A DNA stretch of 64,000 bases from Mustelus asterias (lineage: Eukaryota). Of the stretch, positions 1 to 11,965 are shown in pieces. The position numbers were made by a program, and so were the translations under genes. The notes under the pieces were generated by a model that worked only from the letters and a program-made list of their open reading frames with translations, did not search any database and was not told where the DNA came from. Within the stretch, counting starts at the first letter, position 1. Each line of letters starts with the position of its first letter. The stretch is taken from positions 558,001-622,000 of the forward strand of contig NW_027590119.1 of NCBI RefSeq assembly GCF_964213995.1, given 5' to 3'.

Positions 1-191
1 GGCTATAATGAATGACGGATATCGTGAACTGAACTATCCATATCTGAAATTGTGCCCTCAGAGTGTCACCATGTTTGATCAACAGGTTTATTTTACGTTG
101 CATTTACACAAACAGAACAGTAAATATGTGAATGCAACTGCACTGAGGTGGTCATGTTCATGGTGCACTAGGCCTGTCCAAACTTAATACA

Positions 192-370
192 GTAAGAAGT
201 GTCACAACACCAGGTTATATTCCAACAGGTTTATTTGGTAGCAAATACCATAAGCTTTCGGAGCAATGCTCCTTCGTCAGATGGAGTGGTCTCTGTTCGG
301 ACTCTTTAACCTGGTGTTGTGAGACTTCTTACTGTGCTTACCCCAGTCCAACGCCGGCATCTCCACATCA
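192..370 (-). mobile_element. Miniature non-autonomous Penelope-like element with inverted ends, carrying a hammerhead ribozyme
   Basis: 12-bp target-site duplication AAACTTAATACA at 180-191 and 371-382; 29-bp inverted repeat 189-217 / 307-335 (1 mismatch); ends match the termini of the large Penelope at 40994-43641. Confidence 0.85.
248..284 (-). ncRNA. Minimal type I hammerhead ribozyme motif (Penelope-associated)
   Basis: Minus strand reads CCAT-CTGACGA-A-GGAGC-ATT-GCTCC-GAAA-GC-TT-ATGG: intact core, 5-bp stem II, 4-bp stem I, palindromic AGCT in place of stem III. Confidence 0.8.
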
Positions 371-814
371 AAACTTAATACAACAGCGCTGATCTGTGCA
401 CGGAATCCAGTTATGTTGAACCTGGAGTATCCACACCGAATACAACAGTACTTAACTGAACGTGTCCACATTAAGCATGCACACAGTTGCAATAAAGCAG
501 ATGTGTAATCTCAGAGAGGTTGGAAAACAACGTGCTCCCGGTTAATGATCAAACTGGCTCACAGAAATCATTGACACGATTCTGGAATGGAGTCAAGAGA
601 GAGGTTGGCTGATTTGGCCGAAGCTCATAACACAAAACCTTACCATTTTCACAATTAAGTTTTGTCAGGTTCATTCTGTTCATAATACTTTGGAGCTGTA
701 TCAGGTTCCATGAAAAATAAACATTTCGTTCAATGAAAAACAATAAATATCAGGGCAGCAGGTGCTGTACTAACGTGTATGTTACAAAAATAATCACCTT
801 AAACGTAAACCATC

Positions 815-850
815 TAATTATCTCCCAGGGGACTGCTGTCATGTATAAAT
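815..850 (+). promoter_or_regulatory. Proximal promoter of GPCR gene 1: homeodomain site, O/E (EBF) site and TATA box
   Basis: TAATTA 815-820, TCCCAGGGGA 823-832 (matches TCCCNNGGGA), TATAAAT 844-850; equivalent elements at the same distances (within 1 nt) from the ATG of the paralog. Confidence 0.65.
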
Positions 851-899
851 TTCACCATTTTTCAGTGCATGCAGAACGCGCTCAGAGCTTCAGATTGAA

Positions 900-969
900 A
901 TGCATGGAATACCAAAAGGCCTGGTGTTTGCGATTTACTATCCGGTCATTGCAGCTATCGGAGTTCCAG
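900..969 (+). CDS. GPR139/GPR142-like GPCR gene 1, coding exon 1 (MHGIPKGLVFAIYYPVIAAIGVP)
   Basis: ATG at 900, phase-1 donor CAG|GTGCTG at 969/970; 18/23 aa identical to paralog exon 1 (27829-27760); intron falls in TM1 before AN, as in GPR139. Confidence 0.85.
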
Positions 970-2536
970 GTGCTGTATTGCAGTTTGTTATCAGCTGTGT
1001 GAATCGTTGTTTAGTTGCATTAACACTGTCAGTTTACCAGTTGTGCATTTCCACGAAACAAATATTCCTTCTCCAATGTAATAGGATATCATTTTCAGAT
1101 TCAAAGGTATATTTTCTTCCGTTTCGTATCAGCATTTATATTTAGCAATATTGACACGCCATTCGTGGTGATAATTTATTCTCTCCATTGCCATATATTT
1201 GTGGTATAAATTGTTTAATTTTCACACTCACGCTCGCCCCTATCCCCTAACAATTTCTTGCTGACAGTATTCGGGCTCATTTGATCAAATCAGATGTGTA
1301 ATATGCCTCATTTATCACAATCACCTCTTGCTGTTTCGGTGCTCTGACTGCAAGTGAATGAGTGTACTGCTATCACAATATCAATGCATTGTTGACAATA
1401 TTATTGGAGATCGATTATCACAAAGTGTTTCGGATGTACAGTTTGTTTCAATATGGCATCAGCATTGCTGGTGCGACTGAATTTTCATGCTCTTTCACCT
1501 TCCACAATGATTCCTAATGTCTCGATGGCATTGTCAGTGACCATCCTCTTCGCTTCGAGGGATAGTCAGTTAAAAGATTTCCAACTGAATTGGTTGAAGG
1601 GACTATGTTTTGCAAATGCATTTTGACAGATACAAGAGCATTGTAAAGATTTCCCCTCCTGTGAACTGTTGGAATGTCCCCTCAGTCACAAAAAAAGTAT
1701 TTCGATCTTTATCCTATCACATTGACTACTTCACAAGGTTGCCCTTCTTCCAAATACGCTTCTGTAGTTTGTTGATTGCGGGATTTCCTTCTGCGCCCAT
1801 CGGCAACAATGTCGAGGATTGTTCTGTTCGCAATTAATTTATCAGCGTTATATTAGTTACCATGACTCCTGGCATCATCTCAGGTAACGTGCAAAATGTA
1901 TATTGCAAATATTCACTATCAGGTTAAACTGAGCATTCGGGTTGTCAGTTCCATTGGTTCTGATCAACGCAGAAGTGATTATTAGTTGTAGGAACAGACA
2001 TAACTCTGCATCCAGTTCAAAGTGTCAGCCGGAATGTAAAAATAATAGTCCATTTAATTCGCATAGTTTGAACAATCCGATTACTGACATTTCCGACAGT
2101 GAAATATTCGATTATTTTTTTATTGCTCCGGGGAACTTCTGATATAATTCAGATATAATCTGTGTTCTTGTTAGATTTCACACTTGTTATTCTTTTTCTA
2201 TTTTGTCGTGATTGAGCCAGTTCAATATTCTGCATGGTTATCTGATGTTGCGTTTTCATATTTGTCTATTCCATTCTTCAGTGATATGATTTTGATTCTG
2301 TGCCTTTATTTGTTACATCCCACGGCAATAATTTCTATTCCGAATTAATTTATCAGCCCCCTTTCGAAACCGAATGATTATTTTGAACTGATAGCGATTT
2401 TCCACAGCGTAAGGGATAAGTTTTTGGCAGCAGGAAGTGATTACTTCACACATAAACTGTAAAGTGGATGATGTCGTTTTTCGTCGATTCATCGATTCAT
2501 ACGCACACACTTTGTCTCTCCCTTTCTATATTACAG

Positions 2537-3453
2537 CTAACTTGGCAGTGATTGTGATCTTCTCTCGAGGACGATGTGGCCTGTCTGGATGTATCACTTA
2601 CTACTTGATGTCCATGGCGGTGACTGATCTCTTGGTCATTATAACAGCTGTAATATTAAACCGGATTGCTGGCATTTATTTCCCGTTCAGTTTCCTGTCT
2701 ATCACGCCGATATGCAGTCTCCGTTCTGCACTCATATTTACAGCAATCGACAGCTCAGCCTGGTTAACGGTCACTTTCACCTTCGATCGATTTGTTGCCA
2801 TTTGTTGCCAGAAGCTGAAATTGAAATATTGCACCGAGAAGACAGCTGCTTGGGTGATAGGAATCGTGGCTGCACTGACCTCCATAAAAAATGCCTTTTT
2901 GTATTTCATATATGAACCTAGATATACAATTAACCAAGTGCCCTGGTTCTGTAATGTAAAGGCATTTTTTTACATCTCAGCAGCTTGGGCTGCATATGAC
3001 TGGATTCGTTGCATTGTAACCCCTTTTCTCCCGTTCATTCTGATTTTACTGCTCAATGCTCTGACTGTCAGATACATCCTTGCGGCAAATGGGGCTCGCA
3101 AGAGGCTCCGAGCCCACGGAAATGGAGAGAATCAGACTGATCCAGAAATGGAAAAGCGGAAACGATCGATTATTTTACTCTTCACCATCTCGGGCAGTTT
3201 CATCTTGTTATATTTGTTATTTTTTATAACTATACTCTACGTCCGAATTGCAAAAGTTACTTACTTTTCAGGTTCCAATTCCAGTGAATCAACATTTACC
3301 CTGGAGGAAAAAGGATTTATGCTTCAGTTTCTGAGTTCTTGCATGAACCCATTCATTTATGCTGGGACACAGAAAAAATTTAGAAATGAGTTAAGAAATG
3401 GGCTGAAATACCCTTTTCGTCAATTTATTAAATTCCTTAGAATCTTAAAATAG
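2537..3453 (+). CDS. GPR139/GPR142-like class A GPCR gene 1, coding exon 2 (spliced product 328 aa, apparently intact)
   Basis: Acceptor tattacag|CT at 2536/2537 joins in frame (70+917=987 nt); seven hydrophobic segments; TM2 MAVTDLLV, TM3 WLTVTFTFDRFVAICC, ECL2 PWFC, TM5 PFLPF, TM7 SSCMNPFIY; no internal stops. Confidence 0.9.
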
Positions 3454-4309
3454 GAAAATCCTTCAAGGAATGAATGTTGTATTCCAATGTGTCCTATTCT
3501 TGTTCCTGTTAAACACGACCCGCAACAAATATACATTTGGAATTAATTTCATTCCCAATGTGTCAATGTATGAACGACAAAGTAAGACAACATAATTCCA
3601 TCAGTGAAATATGATCAGTTAGATTTCAGCTCTTTTGTCGCTGCTGACTCAGTTGTTTTATGTACTCCAATTAGCCTCGGGAGTTAATCTATAATTTTTC
3701 AAGCACTTGCTCGAATTATAATTTATTTGGATGTTTGTTTCCAACTCGGTTATTGCTCTGACCCCTCTGTGAGGAAATAATTATCATGCAATCGTTTAGA
3801 TCAGCCTTAAAACTGCGAATAGCTTCCGCCATCACTCTTGCCAGTGGATTCAGTTATGCGTCGATCAAAAAGTAATTTTGACATGTCATATTATATTTAT
3901 TTTGTTTCGTGTGCCATCATGACAAATTTGCCGTAGAATAAACAAAAGCTTAACATTTGAAAGTGGAAAATATGTGGTTTGTGTCTTTCTTCGGCGGAGA
4001 CTCTTTGAGAACTCAGATTATAAATGCTTTTTACTGACTTTCTTACAAGTTGGGCTAAACAGGAGAGTAGACTTCACTTCTGCACTTGTTAGGAACGTGC
4101 GTCGAGCACTCTGTTTTGTTTCCCTCTCTTTAGCTAAGAAAGGATGCTGTTGCCACAGATCAATGCGATCAAATTTCACTCAAGTGATTGCAACACATAC
4201 GAGGTCGTTCAAAAATCATTTCATGTCAGTTCTGTGCAGAACAATAATGTCAGTTCAATATCCATGCCTTATTCAAACAATCTTGCAATTTTATTTTCTA
4301 AATGTCCAA

Positions 4310-4390
4310 CACCACCATCATCAGTATCCTCATGATCATCACTTTCATCTTCATCACCATCATCAGAATCATCATCTTCTTCATCCTTCT
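4310..4390. repeat. Degenerate (CAT/CTT)n low-complexity tract
   Basis: accaccatcatcagtatcctcatgatcatcactttcatcttcatcaccatcatcag...; source of the His-rich spurious ORF. Confidence 0.6.
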
Positions 4391-4608
4391 CGCACTGCCA
4401 GTCAAATACTTATATTCATAGCTGCAGGACTCATATATATGCCATCACATAATTCCACCGCATCATAACCCTTCTTTTGTCGTTGTTCCCTTAGTCAAAC
4501 AGTTACATTCAGCTAAATGCATGTCCTTACTTAGTCCAGAACAGATGACAATCGATGTCAATGATGACCTTCCGTTTTCAATCTCTTCTCAGCTGCATTC
4601 TCCAATTC

Positions 4609-5225
4609 TTAGCTTTTATTAACAGGGGGTTGGAGTTTAAGAGCCGTGGGGTTATGCTGCAACTGTACAGGACCTTGGTGAGACCACATTTGGAATATTG
4701 TGTGCAGTTCTGGTTACCTCACTATAAGAAGGATGTGGAAGCGCTGGAAAGAGTGCAGAGGAGATTTACCAGGATGCTGCCTGGTTTGGAGGGTAGGTCA
4801 TATGAGGAAAGGTTGAGGGAGCTAGGGCTGTTCTCTCTGGAGCGGAGGAGGCTGAGGGGAGACTTAATAGAGGTGTATAAAATGATGAAGGGGATAGATA
4901 GAGTGAACGTTCAAAGACTATTTCCTCGGGTGGATGGAGCTATTACAAGCGGGCATAACTATAGGGTTCGTGGTGGGAAATACAGGACGGATATCAGAGG
5001 TAGGTTCTTTACGCAGAGAGTGGTTGGGGTGTGGAATGGACTGCCTGCAGTGATAGTGGAGTCAGACACTTTAGAAACATTTAAGCGGTTATTGGATAGG
5101 CACATGGAGCACACCAGGATGATAGGGAGTGGGATAGCTTGATCTTGGTTTCAGATAAAGCTCGGCACAACATCGTGGGCCGAAGGGCCTGTTCTGTGCT
5201 GTACTGTTCTATGTTCTATGTTCTA
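4609..5225 (+). mobile_element. CR1 LINE 3' fragment
   Basis: ORF2 C-terminal motifs LVRPHLEYCVQFW, LERVQRRFTRM, RGDLIEVYK; (gttctat)n tail. Confidence 0.92.
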
Positions 5226-5649
5226 TAATCTTCACTGACCACTCTGATACAATAGCTATTTTAATTGTTCTGACCAATCGTTCCAGATACCTGTCCTAAC
5301 ATTATAATGCAGTAACATGCATTCGTTGTTCCTCTCAGCTTGTTGATGCCATGTTTTCTTTAAATATTGTTTGCACTTAGAAATACAACAACAGGGGACT
5401 TACGTGCAGAAATAAGATATTCGGCCTTTCAGATCTGCCATTTTTTATTATCACCTTGCATAAAATTATTGATGAAACCACTTCTAAATTCTTTGAAAAA
5501 CACCCTAAATATCAATGAGCGAAAGTGAGTAAGGAAATCACTTCTAACTGGAAGGGAAGGACGTTATAGTTGATAGATGTCCTCTATTATGGCCACCCCA
5601 CTGAAACGGCACATTAGCACAACCTTATCGACCATATGACCTCGATCTC

Positions 5650-8600
5650 CTGATCATGTCCCCTCAGGATTTCGATGGTTTCAATAAGATCACCACTTCT
5701 ACTTTTTTTCTAATCTCGAATGGGTATGGGCTAACTCCTTTCAATCTGTTGTGATAATGTAAACACTTAACTACAGGAATGAGGAGAGCGCACATTTTCG
5801 TTTCAACTATTTCTCCTATTTCTTATGTTCTTATGTTCTTATGTTCTAACTCCTGCAAACGCAAATGTATTATTATTCCACAAAAGTGTACACAGTACCC
5901 TGGATGTGGTCTCACCAATGCTGTCAGCAACTGCAGGAAAACCTTTCAACATTTATATTCTACTCCCTTGCAATATGCTGCAGTAATTCAGTTGCCTTCC
6001 TGTTTCTTCGGTTACCTGCACAACCAACCTGTTTTGCTCAATGTAGTGGGCACGCCGACCCCTCTTTACCTTGGATGGTTCTATTCGTTCTCAATTTAAA
6101 TAGCACATTGTGTTCAATTTCTGCCTGCTGAAGTGGACAATTTCGAATTTTCCCACATCAAACTCGACGGGCAAATTACTCTTTGCCACTCAGGTATCCA
6201 TCAATATCCATTTGGAGGTCTCCACACTTACTTCGACAATGCATGCGCCCGGCCATCTTGGTGTTCTCGGCAAAAATATCTCCCATACTTTCTGCCTACT
6301 CAACCTGCTTCACGGTCTAATGATACATGCAGTTGAGCTCAAAGAACATGTCCCTGTGTCTTCCATTTTCTGCAGTTGGGAAGCCCCAAAATTAATTTTA
6401 ACTTTTGTTTCTTCTTTTTAGCTAATCAGCCCTCTGCCCATGACATGATGTTTTCCACTACAGAATCAGCTCTTACTGTGTCGTATGCTTTGACGCATAA
6501 ATTTATCAAACAACGTTTGGAAATCAATGTGTACCACAGCCACATGTTCTACTTTACTTGCTTTGAGTTAATTCCTCAATGAACTCTAATAAATGTTAAA
6601 ACACAATTTCACTTGCATGGAGCTATGCCAATCCTTCTTGAGACCAGTATGATTTCCTCAATGTCTTCTTATGTCCTGACAAATATTGAAGTATTTCACT
6701 TACCCGTGCAATCGATAGTCGGCTGACCAGATTATAGATTGCCGATTTCCGTCACCCACCTTTCTATAATAAGGGTGTTAGTTTAGATATTTTCCAGTCC
6801 ATTCATCGCGAAAAAGTTATTATATATTGACACTATTATTCATGTGCTGAAAATGAAACCCACTGCTTTTTTGTTTACAAAATAAATTCCGAAGTTTGAA
6901 ATAAAAAGACATAAATTATGTAGGTAACTACTTTAAATTTGTATTGAGAAATAGATCAATGTTCTGTTTCCAGGGTGCATTTGTAGGAGATCCGCAAAGG
7001 GTAGAATATCATGTAACTGTCACCGACTGTTAAAAATGGACAGGTGTTTCTTGAAGCGTTATTTCTCATAATATCACAACACTGTTTGCAAGGACTGGAG
7101 TCTTTATTCTTCGTGCCAGTTTCCTACACGGTGAAGGTCTCATACTGGCAGGGTGAAAAAAGGTCTCCAGTTCATGACAACTATAGGATCATAAGTTGTA
7201 GAAAGAGCATTAGGCCCATTTGATCCATCACATCTGCTCCGCCTTTCAATGAGATCTTGACAGATTAAATGTGATAATCATCTAATCATTCTGTCTCGCC
7301 TCATCCCCATAACCATTGATTCCCTTACTAATTACAATCTAGCCTCTCTCTGCGGTGAACATAACTAGTGGCCCAAACTCTGCAGTATTGGTAAAGCATT
7401 CAACAGATTCACCGCTCTATAAGAGAAGAATTACTATTTAACTCGTCTTGAATTGATGGCCGCTTACACTGAGGTTATTCTTCCTGGACCTAGACTCTCC
7501 GCTAAGGCAAATAAATCCCCTGAACCTCTCTTGTCTTCAGCCCTATGGGAATCTGATATGTCTCAAAGTGTTCACCTCATATTCTTATGCATTCCAATGA
7601 GTCCAGGCACAAACTATTCAACTTCTCAACATAAGAATATTCCTCCATGCCGGGAATCAATCATGTGAACATTACCTAGGCTGTCTCGACTTCCAGCATA
7701 CCTTTCCTAACATCTGGGATTCAAAAGGTAGATCCCTCTGTTGTCTCTTTGTGTCATCCTCACCTCTTGTCTTCACATCCATTTTTGTGTCATCTTCAAG
7801 CTTATCAATAAAGCATTCATTTCCATCGTCGAAGTTCTGAATATATACTGTAAATCATTGTGTTCCCAGCGCTGATCATGTTAACACTCCATGGGTTGTG
7901 TGTAGCCATATTTAAAATGCTTATCTTACCCCAACTACCTGTCCTCAAAGAGTAAGTCAAACCTGGATGCATGATTACCTACTGTAAAATATAACATTTG
8001 TTTGGTACATTGTATGGGGGCGGCACGGTATCACAGTGGTTAGCACTGCTGCCTTACAGCGCAGGGACCTGGGTTCAATTCCGACTGTGTGTGTGAAGTT
8101 TGCACATTATCCCTGTCTCTGCGTGGGTTTTGTCCAGTTGCTCAGGGTTTCCCCCACAGTCCAAAGATGTGCAGGTTAGGTGGATTGGGCATGTTAAATT
8201 GCCCCTTAGTGATGGAAGGGTCAATATGGGGATATGGCCTGAGTGGGATTGCGGCCGGGGCAGACTCACTGGGCCGAATGGACTTCTTCTGCACTGTACG
8301 CATTCAATGGTTATCAAACATTTTTCAAGTTTATCACAACAACTGTCTCCACTTCATCTATCCTGCTCAATTAATTGTAATGAATTTTGCAGACCGGATT
8401 TCCTCTGATGCTGCCATGCTGACTCTGCTTGGTTAAAGTGTGAGTTTCTAAACATTCGTTTCTTACATGCTTTACACTGAGCGCTCATAATTTCCCAATG
8501 GCAAATGTCAATCTAAAAGTCTTACAAATACGGTTTTGTTTTATTTCCCACCCTCCCTTTTTTAATATGGATGATATTTTAGCTGATTTACAAAATTCAG

Positions 8601-10980
8601 GGACAATTCCAGAATGTAAACATTCTTCGAAGATTACGACCAGTGCATCCATAATCTCTGTAGCTATTTCATTTAATATCCTAGGATGCAACTCATGGGG
8701 CCTACCGGACTTTAGCCCCATTAGTTCCCGTCGTGCTTTTTACCCAATTACCGTTATTGCTTTTGTTTCTTCTCCCTTTTGCCCCTTAATTGTTTTCAGT
8801 AATTTGAATGTCATTGGCAACTTTTTCCATGAAGTTTCGCAGAAGGTTTTGACGTAAATATCATCTCTTGTGTCCCGATTATTAGTTCCCCAATCTCAAT
8901 GTCTAAAGGCCCTGTATTCACTTCGGCTTTTCTCCTTTTTGTAGATGTTTATAAAAGTCATTACTAGCGGTTATTATATGACTCGTTAATTAACAATCGT
9001 AGTTTATCTTCTACTTTTAATTATTTTTTTGGTCAACTAGACCAGTTAGATCTGCTGTTGAAGCAGAAAACAACTTTCATTCTGCATACTTTCACTCATA
9101 GTTTCACTTGTTGAAATTTTGACAGTCCTTTGGGGATGAAATCCAAGTTATTATCGCCAGGTGCAACTTAGCGATGATGAACAGTTACACAAAGATTTTA
9201 CAAAGCTGCTTGATGACTTACACATTTCTACTTAATAATGATCGTTATTTAACAAGCATAGCAGTCGTTCTTCTGCTGACTGTGGAAGGTTGAGACTTGT
9301 ATACTCTTGAGTCTAATATTTAGCAGTTATGTTGCCACCATGGGACTTTTTATGTTCGACGTAAACTTACCATGATTGGCAAAAAAAAGTGTGCTCACTG
9401 AATTTGAACAGGGACTACAAGCAATTATTGCTCGTTAGGAATTAAAACTGGAAATACCTGAACTGTATCACATCCTGTTATAGTCACAACACCATTACAT
9501 ATTATCCTGCTCATGTGGAAATAATTGAAATTAGTTTGAGAAACAACTCTTTGAAACCTCGTACATATCATATTACGACAACTCTTCCCTACATATTGAC
9601 CGAGTGAACAAAATAATGGCCAAAATGTAGTACTGATGTGCTGAAGCATTAGCAATGGCTGCACGATGCGGATTGGGGGCAGTGTCTCTTTCCCATTGTC
9701 CATGTGGTGGCTTCAGAACAACCAACCATCGTTCTAAAGGGACACAGCACATCCACGGGACGGAAAATCTACCAGGCAGATGATGTGCATGGCTTGAAAT
9801 TCACAGAAGTCAAAACTATTGGCATCAGGAATAGTTTTCCATCAGACGTCCACAGCCTTCCTCAACATCATCCGAGGCTGTTAGGCTGTGCATGATACAG
9901 GGAAGTGTCACTGACCCAGTTAACAAGTAAACATAGAAACATAGAAAGTCGGCGCAAGTGTCGACCGTTGGGCCATTACAACCTGCTCTAAAATACAATA
10001 TGATTGCGGCTGATTATCTACCTCAAAGCCATATTCCTGCTTTCTCCCCACCCACCTTGATGCCATTATAATCTAAAATGTTATGTACCTCTTTCTTGAA
10101 TGCAAGCTCTGATTTGGATTCCAAGATTTATGTTAGGAATTCCACAAGTTCACTAGAATTTATGTGTTACATTTTTCCCAAATGGAAACACTCTGTGCCA
10201 AATGGCTGGTCCCATACCATTAGACCATGTATGCTGGTTCTAGACGCACGCCAGTGAAAAACAATATTTCTGAACATGGTCTAGCCAGTCCTGTAGAAAT
10301 GTAATATGCTTCAATCACGTTTCCTGCCAACCTTCTAAATTGTTGTCAATACAAGCCCAACCGAACCAATCACATCTCGTAGGACAGTCTCGGCAACCCG
10401 ATAACATCTGAGTATATATACAACGTATGTACTCTCTCTGTGACAGGTGTGTCGTTTGATAAGGGAAAGAGGCCAAGACTGTACGCAATTCTCCAGGTGT
10501 GATCTCACCAGGGCCCGTTATAACTGCAGTAAAACGCCGTTTTTTTGAAATCAAATCATCTTGCAACGAAGGCCGACATACCGGTTTTTCTCTCTAATTG
10601 CTTGGTGCCTCCCCAGTTTTAGTGACTGGTGTACAAGGATACCCAGATCCCTTTGTACATCCACACTTCCCAATATTTCAACATTTTAATATTACCATTT
10701 TTTTCTTCCAAAGTGCAGAACGTCACATTTTCCATTCTGTATTTCATATGTCATTTTTACCCAGTTAGTCAACTTGCCAAAATCCTCTTAAAGCCTCATT
10801 GCATCCGCTTCACAACTCACAACAGTACCTCATAATGAAACTTTGAAATATTACATTTGATGCTCTCATTAAGGTGATTTATAAGTATAATGAGCAGCTG
10901 GGTCTCAGCATTGACTCATGCGTGACCCCATTAGTCAGTGCATGGCACTCGGAAAAATGTCCTTTGATTTCCATTAATCA
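5650..10980 (-). mobile_element. Several old, degenerate CR1 fragments (approx. 5650-6260, 7200-7900, 8400-9000, 9930-10980)
   Basis: Residual motifs, e.g. ORF 8485-8721 GLKSGRPHELHPRILNE (cf. KSPGPDGMHPRVLKE); catagaaa-type tails; boundaries approximate. Confidence 0.6.
8018..8300 (+). mobile_element. HE1/V-SINE (tRNA-derived)
   Basis: GGGCGGCACGGT..CAGTGGTTAGCACTGCTGC head, GGTTCAATTCC B box, CR1-like 3' end gggccgaatgg. Confidence 0.85.
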
Positions 10981-11363
10981 AGGCAAACGATCAGGAGAAA
11001 CAGTTTTAAATCTCAGGGGGTGGAATGTAAATTCACTTAATAGATAATAATTGAAATATTTTGTCAATAATGGTGATTTTAACAATATAACTTTATAATC
11101 CTAACGTTTAAACAATTTTGTTCATTAATTGTTTTGGGGACAGAAACCTGTTCCCCCTCCCGGGTCTGGCTTTTATGTGACTCCGGATCTTTGGCAATGT
11201 CCTTGACACCTATTTGTCCACTGAAATTATAGAGCCATAGAATCGATTGAGATACATACATATGAATGGATTGACAAATCACTTAGTGAAGGGTAAAAGG
11301 TATGGCGAATACATCCATGCCTTGCCGGAGACGGCCACCTCCACGAAAGCATAAAGAAAAAAA

Positions 11364-11965
11364 ATAGAACCATAGAACCATAGAAAATTACAGCTCAGAA
11401 ACAGGCCTTTTGGCCCTTCTTGTCTGTGCCGAACCATTTTATGCCCAGTCCCACTGACCTGCACTTGGACCATATCCCTCCACACCCCTCTCATCCATGA
11501 ACCCGTCCAAGTTTTTCTTAAATGTTAAGCATTTACCACTTTATCCGGCAGCTCATTCCACACTCCCACCACTCTCTGCGTGAAGAAGCCCCCCCCCCGC
11601 CTAATATTCCATTTAAACTTTTCTCCTTTCACCCTTAACCCATGCCCTCTGGTTTTTTTCTCCCCTAGCCTCAGCGGAAAAAGCCTGCTTGCATTCACTC
11701 TATCGATACCCATCAAAATCTTATACACCTCTATCAAATCTCCCCTCAATCTGCTACGCTCCAGGGAATAAAGTCCCAACCTATTCAATCTCTCTCTGTA
11801 ACTCAGCTTCTCAAGTCCCGGCAACATCCTTGTGAACCTTCTCTGCACTCTTTCAATCTTATTTACATCCTTCCTGTAACTAGGTGACCAAAACTGTACA
11901 CAATACTCCAAATTCGGCCTCACCAATGCCTTATATAACCTTACCATAACACTCCAACTTTTATA
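11364..11965 (-). mobile_element. Young CR1 3' fragment (same subfamily as 19305-20207)
   Basis: ORF 11525-11947 with ALVRPNLEYCVQFW; (tatggttc)n tail; near-identical to the 19305 copy. Confidence 0.92.

Noticed and set aside
2437-2536. ORF-track N terminus MITSHINCKVDD.. of the 338-aa GPCR ORF
   Set aside because: Intronic read-through upstream of the acceptor at 2536; the real N terminus is exon 1 at 900-969, supported by the paralog
3974-4468. 164-aa His-rich ORF (and an acidic D/E frame on the minus strand)
   Set aside because: Produced by a degenerate CAT/CTT repeat; the minus frame has stops just upstream and no domain context
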